This document shows positions 40,984-53,008 of a stretch of 64,000 nt of DNA, piece after piece (position 1 is the stretch's first letter; each line of letters opens with the position of its first letter). This stretch comes from Phoronis australis (taxonomy: Eukaryota; Animalia; Phoronida), in assembly GCA_002633005.1 (NCBI GenBank), contig NMRA01000064.1, positions 186,001 through 250,000 on the forward strand, read 5' to 3'. The notes beneath the pieces were generated by a model that was not told the DNA's origin, ran no database searches, and saw only the letters and a list, made by a program, of their open reading frames with translations. A program made the position numbers and the translations under genes.

Positions 40984-41110
40984 GTGCTATACAGTTCAAG
41001 AATTGGAAACCGTTGTCATTTGATGTCATCACTGATAACAGTCAACTCACAGTTGATGATGTGTTGGGAGAATTGACCTCTGTGGCAACTTTAAGGATCC
41101 GGTTGTCTAG
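40984..41110 (+). CDS. dve: dve/SATB-like gene, coding exon 4 (ULD, second part; shared)
   Basis: GAIQFKNWKPLSFDVITDNSQLTVDDVLGELTSVATLRIRL; tttttacag| acceptor, TAG|gtgagt donor, phase 1 to 2. Confidence 0.92.
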
Positions 41111-42853
41111 GTGAGTGCCACGCCCATGTAATTAGGGGTTGTGCATCAATGATTGAATTGTTTGTTACTGAAGGTGTGCTGGGTATACTGATGAGTTGGA
41201 TATGGCTGCGAGGCAAAGTTTCCTTTGATAGGAAAGGTCAAACTGTCCTCTGCAGACCAGAAAATTAGTGTTCAACCTTGGCTTTACATAACCTTAATTG
41301 TCCACTGGATATAATACTTAAAAATTATATTGCCCACCCATTATGATATCTTTAAGCCATATTGCCCATCCGTGATGACACCCAAAAGCAATATTGCCCA
41401 TCTGTGGTGATATCTTAAAGCCACTTTAGCTCATCCGTGACATACCTCTCAGAACAACTTCATGTCTGATTTGGTAGAACATTTCTACTTTGCGTATTGG
41501 GAAACCTTCTCGTCCATTCAAAAGAAGTCTTGGATGTGGTGTAATTTTGCTGCATTTGTCCTATTGGAAAGTGTATTGCTGATAAAATGAAACCTTCCAC
41601 TGAGTCGTCACGTCCTTGTCAAAATTTGTTTACTTACTGTATGGTTATTTGGCAAAATGTATTTTTGCTCAAACTGTGACCTTGTGTAGAACCACATCTC
41701 CAGCTACCAGTGAATGGACGTCATGCACAAGGGAGAGACTGGATTTTCATGGAGTCCACTATTACCAAACAGGTGTAACACTTTGACTAGATAAAACTTC
41801 TGACAACGAATTATAATAGGCTTTATTTCATGTAACAGTCTTTTGGTCCACACTACAAATATTTGGTACATAGAGAGCAGAAAATATCTGAGCAAAAATT
41901 AATCTATTTCAAGGAACTTATTTTACAATTTCTCAGCATTAATCAAATATTATGCAATTTTTCTTAAGGAAATTATGTGAGGAGTCTACAAAAAAATCCT
42001 GAATACTATTTGGTCCTCCTTATAAATTCTTGGTAAAAGCTGTAAATGTGAGTGTCTGAGTAGCGGAGCTCAAGAAGATCTCTTTCTGATTCCACCTGTC
42101 CACTATTATAGCCCGGGCTTATTTTTTCCTCTGTATCAATACCATTAAACCTTCCCTTAAATATGAGTAAAGGATGCACCAAATAGAAATTAAAAGATTA
42201 GTAAAAGATTAGTAAAAGATTAGTTTGGTCAAATAATTTGCTTGTGCTTGAAGGGTGCGAAAATACCATCCTGGTATAACTGAAGTCCTCGAGATAACAG
42301 ATTTTGAAATTTTGTTATTGAGAGATCATGATTACATTTTGTATGGACAGAAACCACCAATATCAACAAGCACGTTTGCTAAAAAGTTAATAATTGGTTA
42401 TTGTTTTATCCATGACTTTTTATTGGTGATTTTTTTATCTCAAACTGAACTACTGAGCAGTCGCGTACATTAAAAGGCATAATTAGTAGTGCCATTTAAT
42501 ATAAACATGCAGTGATTGAAATAAAACATAGTCATAGCTCGTCTCATTTTATTTAAACTGTTAAGCAAAATACTTTGTTTTCATGTGAAGGAGGAGACCT
42601 GCGTGCATGGTGCCTGTAATCGCCATAGCGGCATACTTTGTTCTCACTGTTGCTTATGTTTTATTACATTTGCCTGTTCTCCTCGACTCTCTGATTATGT
42701 TTTATTCGTCGCTCTTCTTACATAGTAATGAAAACTAGTTTTCCGCAAGAAGGAAATACGCTGACTTCACGTTTGTGTGTTGTCCGTAAGTTTCGAGTGC
42801 TTCCGTTTTGCCAAGAAATCCAGGCCACCGAGAAGTCTTCTTCCTATTTTCAG

Positions 42854-42959
42854 TAACGCGGCCTCTAGTGCACAAATGGACATGAAAGAAAAGTTGTTGC
42901 AATTACTTCTTAATCAGTCGCAAGATTTTCTTCTCAAAGCAGGCTGCCCCATTGACAAG
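42854..42959 (+). CDS. dve: dve/SATB-like gene, exon 5A (Dve-type CUTL-like domain, first half)
   Basis: attttcag|T AAC...DMKEKLLQLLLNQSQDFLLKAGCPIDK|gtaggc; phase 2 to 0. Confidence 0.88.
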
Positions 42960-43512
42960 GTAGGCAGGAGCTGTTAACCTTTGAACTTACATGTATGCGG
43001 TCACTTTATTACGTTCATTAGGTAATACCTAGAAGGAGGCTTAGTTCTTTGCTTTTATTTGTGTATCTCCATAATACAGTTTTTAAGCTTGTTTGTGGTG
43101 AAATTTCGATGAAAAGTTTCTGATCTCTCCAATAGACGATAGACCAATTAATTAGATTTTGGAATGGTACTTAGTGACAAAGCCCTTACAATACAACAAA
43201 ACAACATTGTGTGATTTATTATTGCAGAGTGAGTACCCTTATTGGCAATTCTGTATATTTTGTCAAAAATTTACAAAACTATTGAATTTAAGTGTGTAAA
43301 AGTATGCATTTCCTAAAAGTAGAAAGCCACAGCTTCTGCTTGATGCAAATCTACCACTGACTGGCTCACTCAATCACATCTTTTTAGTAAAATTAAGCAA
43401 AAAAGAAAGGCATGTTCGTAACAAAACATTGGTAACCTGTCAATCACACTACCAAATTTCTTTTGAAAAAATATGCGAGATGTTTTCTATATTCATTTGT
43501 CAATTTTGTTTT

Positions 43513-43632
43513 ACGCAACTATTTAAAGTTTTCTTATAAAACCCCTATTAGGTGGTTTTCGATGATACTATCAACGCAACTATTTAAAGTTTTCTTATAA
43601 AACCCCTATTAGGTGGTTTTCGATGATATTAT
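43513..43632. repeat. Tandem duplication, 61-bp period, 2 copies
   Basis: acgcaactatttaaagttttcttataaaacccctattaggtggttttcgatgata at 43513 and 43574. Confidence 0.9.
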
Positions 43633-44324
43633 CCAAAACGTTAACATTTCAGAAACGATTCTTAATAACAGTGTATTCAAGAACAGTGCATAAACTGTGG
43701 TATCTGAAACTTTCGCATAAGTAAGAGCAAAGATCTTTTCAGACATGATGTGACCAACAGGTGCATGTATGAAGGCTAATTATTCTTGCTTATAGAGTTG
43801 GAATCATTTTTCAAATCATGTACACTTGTCTGTGAAAATTTTGAAATCTTGGAATACTAAACTGTTGTCTTTCATGTCCCAGCCTCGGTGGCAATTTTCC
43901 TATGTTGTTTTGTATTTTTTTACTGGGCCTGGTTAAATTAGAGTCAAACGTTTGTTTGCAGATATGAGCACATACCTTCGCACATCATGTAGCCATTGTT
44001 GAACAGTCTTCCTAGCGTGCAAGAAACTCGTGACTTTGCGAGATTTAGCCATGTGAAGCACATGACCACATAAGCTTCCTTTACGAGATTCTTGCGTCTA
44101 CGGAGACGGGCATCAGGATGTTCTGCAGGTCTCGGGGCTCCATAGGAGTTTTGGCCTACACTGGATAGCAACAGTGGTGTTACTGTGTGGGTGCCATGCT
44201 GTGATTGGTGAATAATTCTGTTGATGTCATTCAACAACTGAATTTATCCATCTGAACTTTTATTCATCCTTATTCTAGTTATTTTTTTTTACCACCCAGT
44301 CAATCTGTGATATGTTCATTGTAG

Positions 44325-45794
44325 GATATTCTCGCACAGATCACCAGCGGCCAGTCTTTGAAGGACATTCCTAACTCGACCAAGGAGGCTTTCTATGACT
44401 GGTACCACCAACAAGTGAACAAGTCACATGCCTCTCCCTGCTCCAAGGAATCCTCACCTGATAACTGTTTACAGCTCTCTTACCCTACTGTTGCCCACAT
44501 TCTGAACTCTCGCAAGACGCCCACACTGTCACATGGGTTGCCACGGACACGGCCACGCACGTCCTTTGACCCTGACCACGAGATTCCTCGTCTCAACCAT
44601 TGGTTTCAGCAGAACCAGCATCCGTCACGCTACCAGATGATGCAATACCTTGAAGAGTTGAACTTGCATGAGACAAGGCGTGGCCGACTGCGCAAACCTC
44701 TAGACCTTCTCAATATCATACATTGGTTCAAAAATGCTCGGGCCGCCGTTCGTAAGGGAATCAAAGTCTTAGATAGTGCGGAGGACGGGGAAACAAACTC
44801 TGGTAAGAAAAATTCTGGTGATAATTGGGAGAGCGGGGAAAAAAGCGACATTCCTGAGCTGCCTAATAAAAATGCTGTGTATATTATTAGCAAGCCGAAC
44901 AGGGACCATGTGGACTATGAGGAGGGATGTAGTGAGAGTGAGGAGGATGAATCTGGGGAAGAGGATGAAGAGTTAGAACCGGAAGACCTGTCTTTGCCAA
45001 AACGCATGTCAAGTAGCGAGCAATCTCAAGAAAACGAATCTAGCAAAACATCAGAACTAAGTGAAGCATGTAAAAGAGGGAGCAGTGGGAGTGAGGACAG
45101 CCCAGCCAAGAAAATCAAAACAGAAAACTCTGACGAATCGGGAACTAATAGTAAATTAAATGAAATAAAAACGGAGAATCTAGAAAATGAAAGTGAAGTC
45201 TGTTCTGAAAGTGGCACTTCGTCTGGGGATAGAAATAACTCACCAGCCCACACAAGTGCGGGACAGACACCCTCACTCATGGTTCCCATGTACTCTGTAC
45301 CCTATCCTGTTGGCATTTACCCGGGCATGGGACTACACCCCATGTCCCCACACTTCTACGGGACGCAGTTCGCAAACACACAACACTCATTGGGAATGAC
45401 GCCCCTCGACATGAGCCGCTACACAAGCGGTGGCGCTCCGAAGCTGTCAAAACCGCAGGTGTCGCCGACGAACGATTCCGACTCCAATGAGAATCTGTCG
45501 AGAGAGGAGAAACGACGGCGACACCGCGTGTTCATCGACCCAGTGACAGAGATTCCATTACTGGAACACTGGTTCAATCAGGAAACACATCCACCACATT
45601 ATGTTATTGAGAAATACTGTGAAGAGCTGAATAAGTTGGAGTATCGCCAGCGCTACCCCAAGCTGAATCCGAAAAATGTGCAACTGTGGTTCAAAAACCA
45701 CCGGGCCAAGGTCAAGCGGCTACGTTTAGGTCAGGCTCTGAACCTGAACCACAATGGCATCAGCGTTCTTAATATTCCACCCACTGCAGTTTAA
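44325..45794 (+). CDS. dve: dve/SATB-like gene, terminal exon 6A (end of CUTL-like domain plus two K50 homeodomains); isoform A is 703 aa
   Basis: cattgtag|GAT ATT; HD1 RPRTSFDPDHEIPRLNHWF...HWFKNARA and HD2 RHRVFIDPVTEIPLLEHWF...LWFKNHRA, both with the Dve-type insertion between helices 2 and 3. Exon lengths sum to 2112 nt. Confidence 0.95.
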   Translation, partial: DILAQITSGQSLKDIPNSTKEAFYDWYHQQVNKSHASPCSKESSPDNCLQLSYPTVAHILNSRKTPTLSHGLPRTRPRTSFDPDHEIPRLNHWFQQNQHPSRYQMMQYLEELNLHETRRGRLRKPLDLLNIIHWFKNARAAVRKGIKVLDSAEDGETNSGKKNSGDNWESGEKSDIPELPNKNAVYIISKPNRDHVDYEEGCSESEEDESGEEDEELEPEDLSLPKRMSSSEQSQENESSKTSELSEACKRGSSGSEDSPAKKIKTENSDESGTNSKLNEIKTENLENESEVCSESGTSSGDRNNSPAHTSAGQTPSLMVPMYSVPYPVGIYPGMGLHPMSPHFYGTQFANTQHSLGMTPLDMSRYTSGGAPKLSKPQVSPTNDSDSNENLSREEKRRRHRVFIDPVTEIPLLEHWFNQETHPPHYVIEKYCEELNKLEYRQRYPKLNPKNVQLWFKNHRAKVKRLRLGQALNLNHNGISVLNIPPTAV

Positions 45795-48700
45795 TGGACT
45801 GTTATTTTAGTTTCCAGTCTCACTCGTCTAATTAGTGCAGTTGCTTGAGGGTACTGTTATCACTGTTGAAGCCATTTTGGTCACTGTGGCTTATTTTACT
45901 TAATGTTTGGGTGTTTGAACCTTTCCGGTCAATATCACATGGAAAGTGTGACACTGTGAGCAATTTGCACATTGTGTGTCAGACTGACCGAATCACTGTT
46001 GTATTGGTTTTATCACCTGTTTCTGGCTTCATTACCAAATCTGCTGAGGCTGGAAGTCAAAGTCGGTGAGTGTCTTGGCTATTGAGCACAGATATTAGGC
46101 TCTCCTCAAATTGTTGGAACTTTTCTCACTGTGACATTCTTCTGCCTTGAGGTATTATTTTTCATTCATTTTTTAATATAAATTGATTAAAAGATTCAAA
46201 ATGTCTTTCATAGTGAGTAAAATATGCCAAATCGACCAAAAATGCCTCGAATGGTAACATACCACTCTAATGTGGTTGAGCTGTAGATCTGAGTCTTCTC
46301 AGTTATTGAGCCTTGGGATTTCTACGCAACTCTTGTGTTTAATCTGCGTTGTTATATAGCATCAGCTGTAGTTTTATTAATGTTTATTTGTGGTTTACAA
46401 TATTCTTGGAACTTATTGGGGGATTTATGGAATGAGATATTTTAACTTTAAATGTAGTCCAAGACGGTTATAGTTGGTTTTATTTTTGTAGTATGTAAAT
46501 GTTTATTAAAGGAATTGGTGTTTGTATATATTTTATCACATAATTAGTATACCTGTCTTTATTTGCCTGCATCTACACATATATGCAGGTGCATATTGTC
46601 GTTATCTTTCTGTTCGTGGGGCATACATCATTTATATACGCCGCCATCTTCTAAATCCCTTGATGTAGTCTTGGTATTTATGACAAATGCGTTGTTTTTT
46701 TTCACGTTGTAATTTTTTGTGTCCCTATTGGTAGTGTTACTGAAGCTTGAGTGGATCTATTGTTTATGGTCTTACACTTATAGCTTTTCAAGGGATTCAT
46801 CTTATTCAAGAGATACTATCTGTTCAAAGTTTAATGTCTTCTACTAGGGGTGTTTGATACTTATAATCATTGCTTTAATTTATAAAATTTTCTTAAATTT
46901 TACACAAGTGAGTTCTTATAGGGACCACCATCACTGATTACAGATATTCTCAGTTACCTTTGCTCAGACCAGTCTCCTGCTTTTCATGGCCTGTCAAATA
47001 TTTTTAAGCTGCAAAGTTTTTTATAAGGAGTCATCACTAGTGGATTTCATATCTAGCATTCCAGCTGTTCTTGCCCCCCCCAGTGGTGGTGTCCCCTCAC
47101 ACAGTACCTGTTGCCAATATCTGCAACTGTGTTGCGATAGTTTCTGATCTTGAGCAAGTGATTTTAATCTCCTACTTCTTAATTAAAAGTACACCAAACG
47201 GCGGGTGGGCATATTAACAGATACTAAAAATAACTTTCCCACCCATTTCTCTGAATTAAAATAATGCTCTGTTACCATTGACAACGCTCAACAGGTTGGA
47301 GAAAGATTTGAAAATTCCTTATCAAGTCTGCCTAATATAACGTACAATTTGGAAAGACCACCCACCAAGAACCAGAATATCTAATCTATGAGTCGGAGAA
47401 TATGAGTTTTTAGTTAAATCATGCTTTTATCACTCAAGTGGGATGCCAATAATTTATTAGCAGGTAATAGAACAAAAATTGGTTGAAATCACCAAAGCAG
47501 GGTTTAGTATCCTTTTAAGTGACTTAAGCAATGAGTGTCCCTTGTAACTTTGACCTTTGTGATGTTGCATTGTGGGTGCATATCAACAGGTTACTCTGGT
47601 TAAGGAATATAGAAACAACTCATGTGTAGAACCAGTTTAAACATGTGTTAACATTAATGTTTGTTATAAGTAACCATATTTAGAGACTGGCTATGGAATT
47701 ATATTCTCTTGTAAAGAGAACAGTTGTTTATGTTTAATATTTTTGTCACGTAAAGTTGACTTGTATGTTGTGACTGGTCACTCAAAGTTGTCAAGTTTTT
47801 GTTATAAAATCAAAATCCTCACAAAGTGATCAAATTTTGTATCATGCATTGATAGCAAAAAGTTTAATTGTGATTGATAATGTTTTTAGACATATTTTAC
47901 ATATGAAAGGAAATAATTTAATTTAGTCCTTTCCATACTGAAGTATTCTGTCAAGAATCACACAGTACTAATTCATGTATAATTGGAGTATTTGGTACAC
48001 CTAGCATTTTGTAAATTGCTGAAAACCTTTTCTAAACAGTCATAAATTGGTTAAGAAACATTTCACATTTATATTATTCCACCACGATTGTTAAACAAAG
48101 AATCGTCTCATTTTAGATATGTCCTATAATGCAATTTCTTGTTGTGCGCTATGAACACAAGTGCCTTTTTATATTTCAAATTACGCATCATTATCTTGGT
48201 AACGAGGGGCTATTTAGTCGTTGTTGTTGTGTACGACCGATGAAGACTCGCTTGTGTTTAGTACTGCTGTTGTATATGAGATACAGTATTTATGGATGAC
48301 TACAACTGATTATCCAACTTATACCAAATATTTCTGATGAAATGTCACCAACCTAGGACGCAATATGGTCGACAATTTTCTGTTTCCCTTTTTTTCCACG
48401 AAACATGAAGCACTGAAATGATTTTCCGCATTCAAGTTTTGTACAACTGCAACCACCTAACTAAGTTTTGAAGAATTGTGGGATTTCGCATTAATGATTG
48501 AAGCTTTGGAAAATGAAAAAAATACATTTTTTCAAATTGTGTTTGTCCAAAGTTGGTGAGGTTTTATCACAGTACACATTTTTCTCCCAAATTATTATTG
48601 TTATGGGGGGCCTTGTGATGATGGTGTAAGATAGGTTTGTATGGCATCAACCTAATGAGTATTCATGTTGAGTAATACTATCATATGATTGGTTAATAAG

Positions 48701-49379
48701 TTTATACTCTTTAGAAACCCTGAATAGTGGTCAACCTCTGAGTTGAAACTCCTTCAGATGTTATCTACTGGATAAATTTTGACTTTTCTGCCATGTTAGC
48801 AGCCCTGTTGACAGATTTTGTAACACATGCGTATATGATGGCATTGTTGTTATTCACCATGTTTTGTACTGTGAGCAGTTGTTTTGTAACCTATTTGGTC
48901 TTCTAAGTTATGAAGTTTTCTTGAATTTTAGACAGGTTTAAAATAGGCACGTTTGTCTAATGGAAAATTGGTTTTGACGTTGACGAAGGATGCGGCTATT
49001 TAGTGTAAGAGCTTCTTAGCTGGGACTAGGTTTAGCGCCTACTACTGTTTTCTCGATGATATATCTGTTTACATGTATCATGCTGTTGAAGAAATATTGT
49101 ATTATTTTAGATCTGAAACTTTAAACATCTTCACTGGTTATTAGGGTTTGTGCAATTTGTTTCATGATCACACTGCTTCCCTTTGTGATGATATGTTTTA
49201 GGATATAATCTGGTTTAAGGGTTCGTCAAAATTTCTACGCAGTTTTACGTGGTGCCTTATGGAAGTATGTAAAATATGGAATTACGCACTCAAAAGTGCT
49301 CGCAACATATTTGTATTGTTGTGAAGTATTCTGTTGACACTCAGGATGTGTTTTCACATGTTTGCGGACTGCTATGTTC

Positions 49380-49397
49380 AATAAATATTTAAATAAA
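49380..49397 (+). terminator. Tandem AATAAA polyadenylation signals, likely end of the isoform A 3' UTR
   Basis: aataaatatttaaataaa ends a ~3.6-kb TG/T-rich stretch downstream of the stop at 45794. Confidence 0.55.
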
Positions 49398-51113
49398 ACG
49401 TATGGACTAGTTATTTACAACTCGGTTTTGAATATTTTCTACCATTTATGGCACCCAGCAAATTGTTAAACTGAGGACAGGTTGAGCAGTTTAGCAAATA
49501 TGTACAATCGTAACACATTACAATGGAGATACATGGGACACACAGTACAAGACACAAGTAGTCAGACAAAGTACCATTTTTTACTTTGAAGGCTAATTCT
49601 ATTAACAAAAGAAATTACTGGTAGTAACTATTTGAGTGGCAAAATTCTAATTACATAATGACATATGCACCTCACTAACTTCCCTACATTCTCTGTCATA
49701 AGAGAACACTGCTCTAACTATGAATTCGTCTCCTGCTCAGCTGTCATGGCGGGGGAAATTTTAGGTCATTTTGTTAAAAATACTTTTCAATTGTATTGTT
49801 TAATGTAACCAAATCAAGTGGTATAAATTAAGTAAATTTGTTCAGTTTGTTAATGACAAAAGAATGATTGCTGTTTAAAAATTGTGTCCCGAAAAAATAA
49901 ACACATTCATGAGAAAGAAACCCCTACAGTTCATTAGGGATGTTACCCTGAATAGGACATCTAAAGAGACCCAACGAACAATCGTTACGAATTCACTTAA
50001 AGCTACATTTCACCCCAATATGGTGTTCTTCTGTTCAGTGACTTAACCAGACGTACAGGGTTGTGGGCGTGTGATAACATCTAGCTTCTTTGTTAACTGC
50101 CAAGCTCAGTCTTTTTTGTGGCATGACAACATGCAGGCCAATTATCTACCAGGCTTATTATAAACCATGGGTGAACACAGTCAAACCGAGAACGAATTGG
50201 TATGTTCAGAAAAAATTGATTGTTGTAACTTCGGTTGTAGTAGGGCGATTTTGGTGATTCAAAAACTATAAACATGATTAACATTTGCTATTGGTTTATG
50301 TTCAAATATGTGATAACTTAACTTTTATTTTTTAACAGCACAGCCCAGTCAGGCTAGATACGATCTTATTGGAGATTAGAGCAATTATCGAAAAAAGAGC
50401 TGGCCCTCCAACCATAAATGCCAGAATGCAGTTATAATCAGTCTCGTAAGATATTGGCTACAGGAGTCATTTTCCCAACTTGTTGCTGGGTTATATGGTA
50501 GCATCGAACAAGTTGGGATCAACGGGAAAACACCGTAATGCTGTTTAGCTGGCTAAAAAGCAAAAATCAAATGAGACCTTTCACTCTTATAAACCCAGTC
50601 TTGTGATATTCTTATCAAGATAGAATTCTATTTCCACTCAAGTACCAACACGAGTCACAGGCAATGCATGCATGTGCCATATGCAAATTCACAATTTTAG
50701 AGTTTAGCCTTGCTCAATAATCAAAATAATGAAAGGAGCGTCACATCTTGACATTGATCACTGATAGAGGGGAATAGATATCTCACCTCCATCATGTAAC
50801 GAGGTTCCTTCAAGAGTCCTGCACCTAGATCTAACTATCATGAACTCAGTCAGTCTTAAGAAGGTATCCCAACAATATCCCATTCACTGGTCTTTAATGT
50901 ATTTGTATACGAAATATCTTAACTAGGTCTTTTTGGAGATCACACATGGATTTAACCAAAATTCAGAAAAATTCAAGTATTTACTCAACGTGCGTGAAAT
51001 TTCAATCTCTGAAGCAGTGAGGAAATTTATCATATCTATTACTACTGCATGACTGTTTTCAACCAACTGTGAACAGGTTGCAGTTACAATATGTTGTATG
51101 GTGTGCATTGCAG

Positions 51114-51225
51114 CCTCCAAGACTCTTCGTTTGAGTGGACAGATGGCGCTGTTAGATCTGCGGTCATCGAATTGCTGAAAGAAATGAACCAGAAAAATCT
51201 GGCTAAACTGAGTCCCCTGTGTCAG
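51114..51225 (+). CDS. dve/SATB-like gene, alternative exon 5B (SATB-type CUTL, first half)
   Basis: gcattgcag|C CTC...EWTDGAVRSAVIELLKEMNQKNLAKLSPLCQ|gtgagt, versus SATB1 [31 protein letters not shown] (recalled). Phase 2 to 0, the same as exon 5A. Confidence 0.85.
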
Positions 51226-51665
51226 GTGAGTCCTAGTCAGTTATCCCCATCTATTTTTTGGAAAATAGACAAACAGTAGGCTGAAAGAGACCAAAAAGAT
51301 GCAACACTTTTGGTTTGATTATGGTCAGTCATTTTTAGTGCAGCAATACCAAATGATAAAAATCACCGTGACACAGCTGGTTGGAGGAGGGCCAACCGCT
51401 GGCACCCCAAAGCAGGAAATATGATGCTAAAGCCACACTGTTCACTTTGTAAACCTGTGTGTTTTGTAAGGCTTGTACTTAACAGCCTTTTAATTGAACA
51501 TGTTATATTACCCATAGTTCCAAGTGGTTGCTGTAGCTAGATTCAGCACTACAAAATTCAATACGATTTCATTGACTAAGTTGTAACTCTTAGAATTGCT
51601 TCTAATTCTTGCAACCACTGAGTGCCTGAAATACAGTACGATTGACAGCTCATTTTTATTGACAG

Positions 51666-51774
51666 CCCACCATCTCCAACATAGCCAATTCCAAGGTGAC
51701 ATCTAGTTACATCAGCAATGAGAAGGCAAGAGAGTTTGGACAATGGTATATCTCGTACAGAAGACAGCACGCCG
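51666..51774 (+). CDS. dve/SATB-like gene, alternative exon 6B (SATB-type CUTL, second half)
   Basis: tttttattgacag|PTISNIANSKVTSSYISNEKAREFGQWYISYRRQHA G|gtaatg, versus SATB1 [27 protein letters not shown] (recalled). Phase 0 to 1. Not in the supplied ORF track. Confidence 0.85.
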
Positions 51775-52421
51775 GTAATGATAAGCCTGACTGACCTATT
51801 TCATGTTACTTCCTCAATAAGTTTGTATATTCCTGCAGTCGATAAGAAGGAGAAGACTGTTTATCAGAGAATCTGACGATCCCATACTCATGAGTGCCCA
51901 GTAAGATTTTCACACTTCGTGTGGATGCATTCGTTGAAAAATGCCCTTTAGCTAATACTTGTTTGAAAAACGATCACATCAGTTATATCAGTTTAAAATA
52001 TATAAATGCCCAGGTTATTCATTTGAGTAAACAAAGTTGTTTGCATAGAAGTCAATTATGAGTTTAACATTGGTCAATGACTCTATATTGGTCACCAGGG
52101 TAGTTTTATTTGTTATTATCTCAACTGAACTCTTGGTTTTGGCCCCCCAAAAATGCACAAGCCCTAACACATCCCGTTTTGATGCTAATGAAAATATTTC
52201 CTGCAGACGCCTATGCTAAAATTTCGAAAACTGACTTCCTTCAGATAACCACTTGCATTGCCATACATACCAAAAATTATATCACTTTCCTATCCTCAGT
52301 CAAGTACATGAATGCATCTTGTCAATACATGTTTCCAGAACTGCAACCAAAGTTTTTAAATTTAGTCAAATAATGTATTTGTCCTAAAGCTGGAGTTTGT
52401 GTGAGGTACATGTTTTTACAG

Positions 52422-53008
52422 GGAACCAGTTTCAAGAGGGCGCTCCTAGAGATAGCAGATTGACCTTCCACTCAACTGCTGAAATTCCCCAGATGCGCAG
52501 ATGGTATCAGAGCTGTAAAAACCCTTCTGACGACAATTTTCAGTGGTTTGCAGATGAGCTTAACAAGGGTTCTGCCCGTCAGCAACGAATACCAGTGACT
52601 GCTAACAAGCTCAAAATATGGTGGAAAAATGAGAAGCAGAGGGAAAAAAGACTGGGTCTCCAGAAAACAGAGACTGCTTACATCCCTAGGAAAAGGGTTT
52701 CCAGGAGCAGGCAAAAGAGGGAGACACAATCTCAGAGACTGCTAAATTTGTCACCAAGTAAGAAAGGAGAAACCCATAAATCTCCTGATCATGCAAGTAC
52801 CAGTGAAGTGATGTTGAACAATCCTAAGCTCACACGGAGTGGTGGAGCATCTCTTTATACTAGCCAATCACTTGTGACTTCCACTCCCCTTCAAACAGAT
52901 AGTTTCATTGGCGAAGGAAAAGAAATAATAGATTCAGAAAGTGAGGACATCATGCTACCGGCAGATGATGCCATTTCAGAAGATGAGTACTTAGATCCTC
53001 ATAGTTGA
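52422..53008 (+). CDS. dve/SATB-like gene, alternative terminal exon 7B (single atypical homeodomain); isoform B is 447 aa
   Basis: gtttttacag|GG AAC, phase 1; SRLTFHSTAEIPQMRRWY...NPS...ADELN...LKIWWKNEKQREKR aligns with HD1 and HD2 of exon 6A. Confidence 0.85.
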
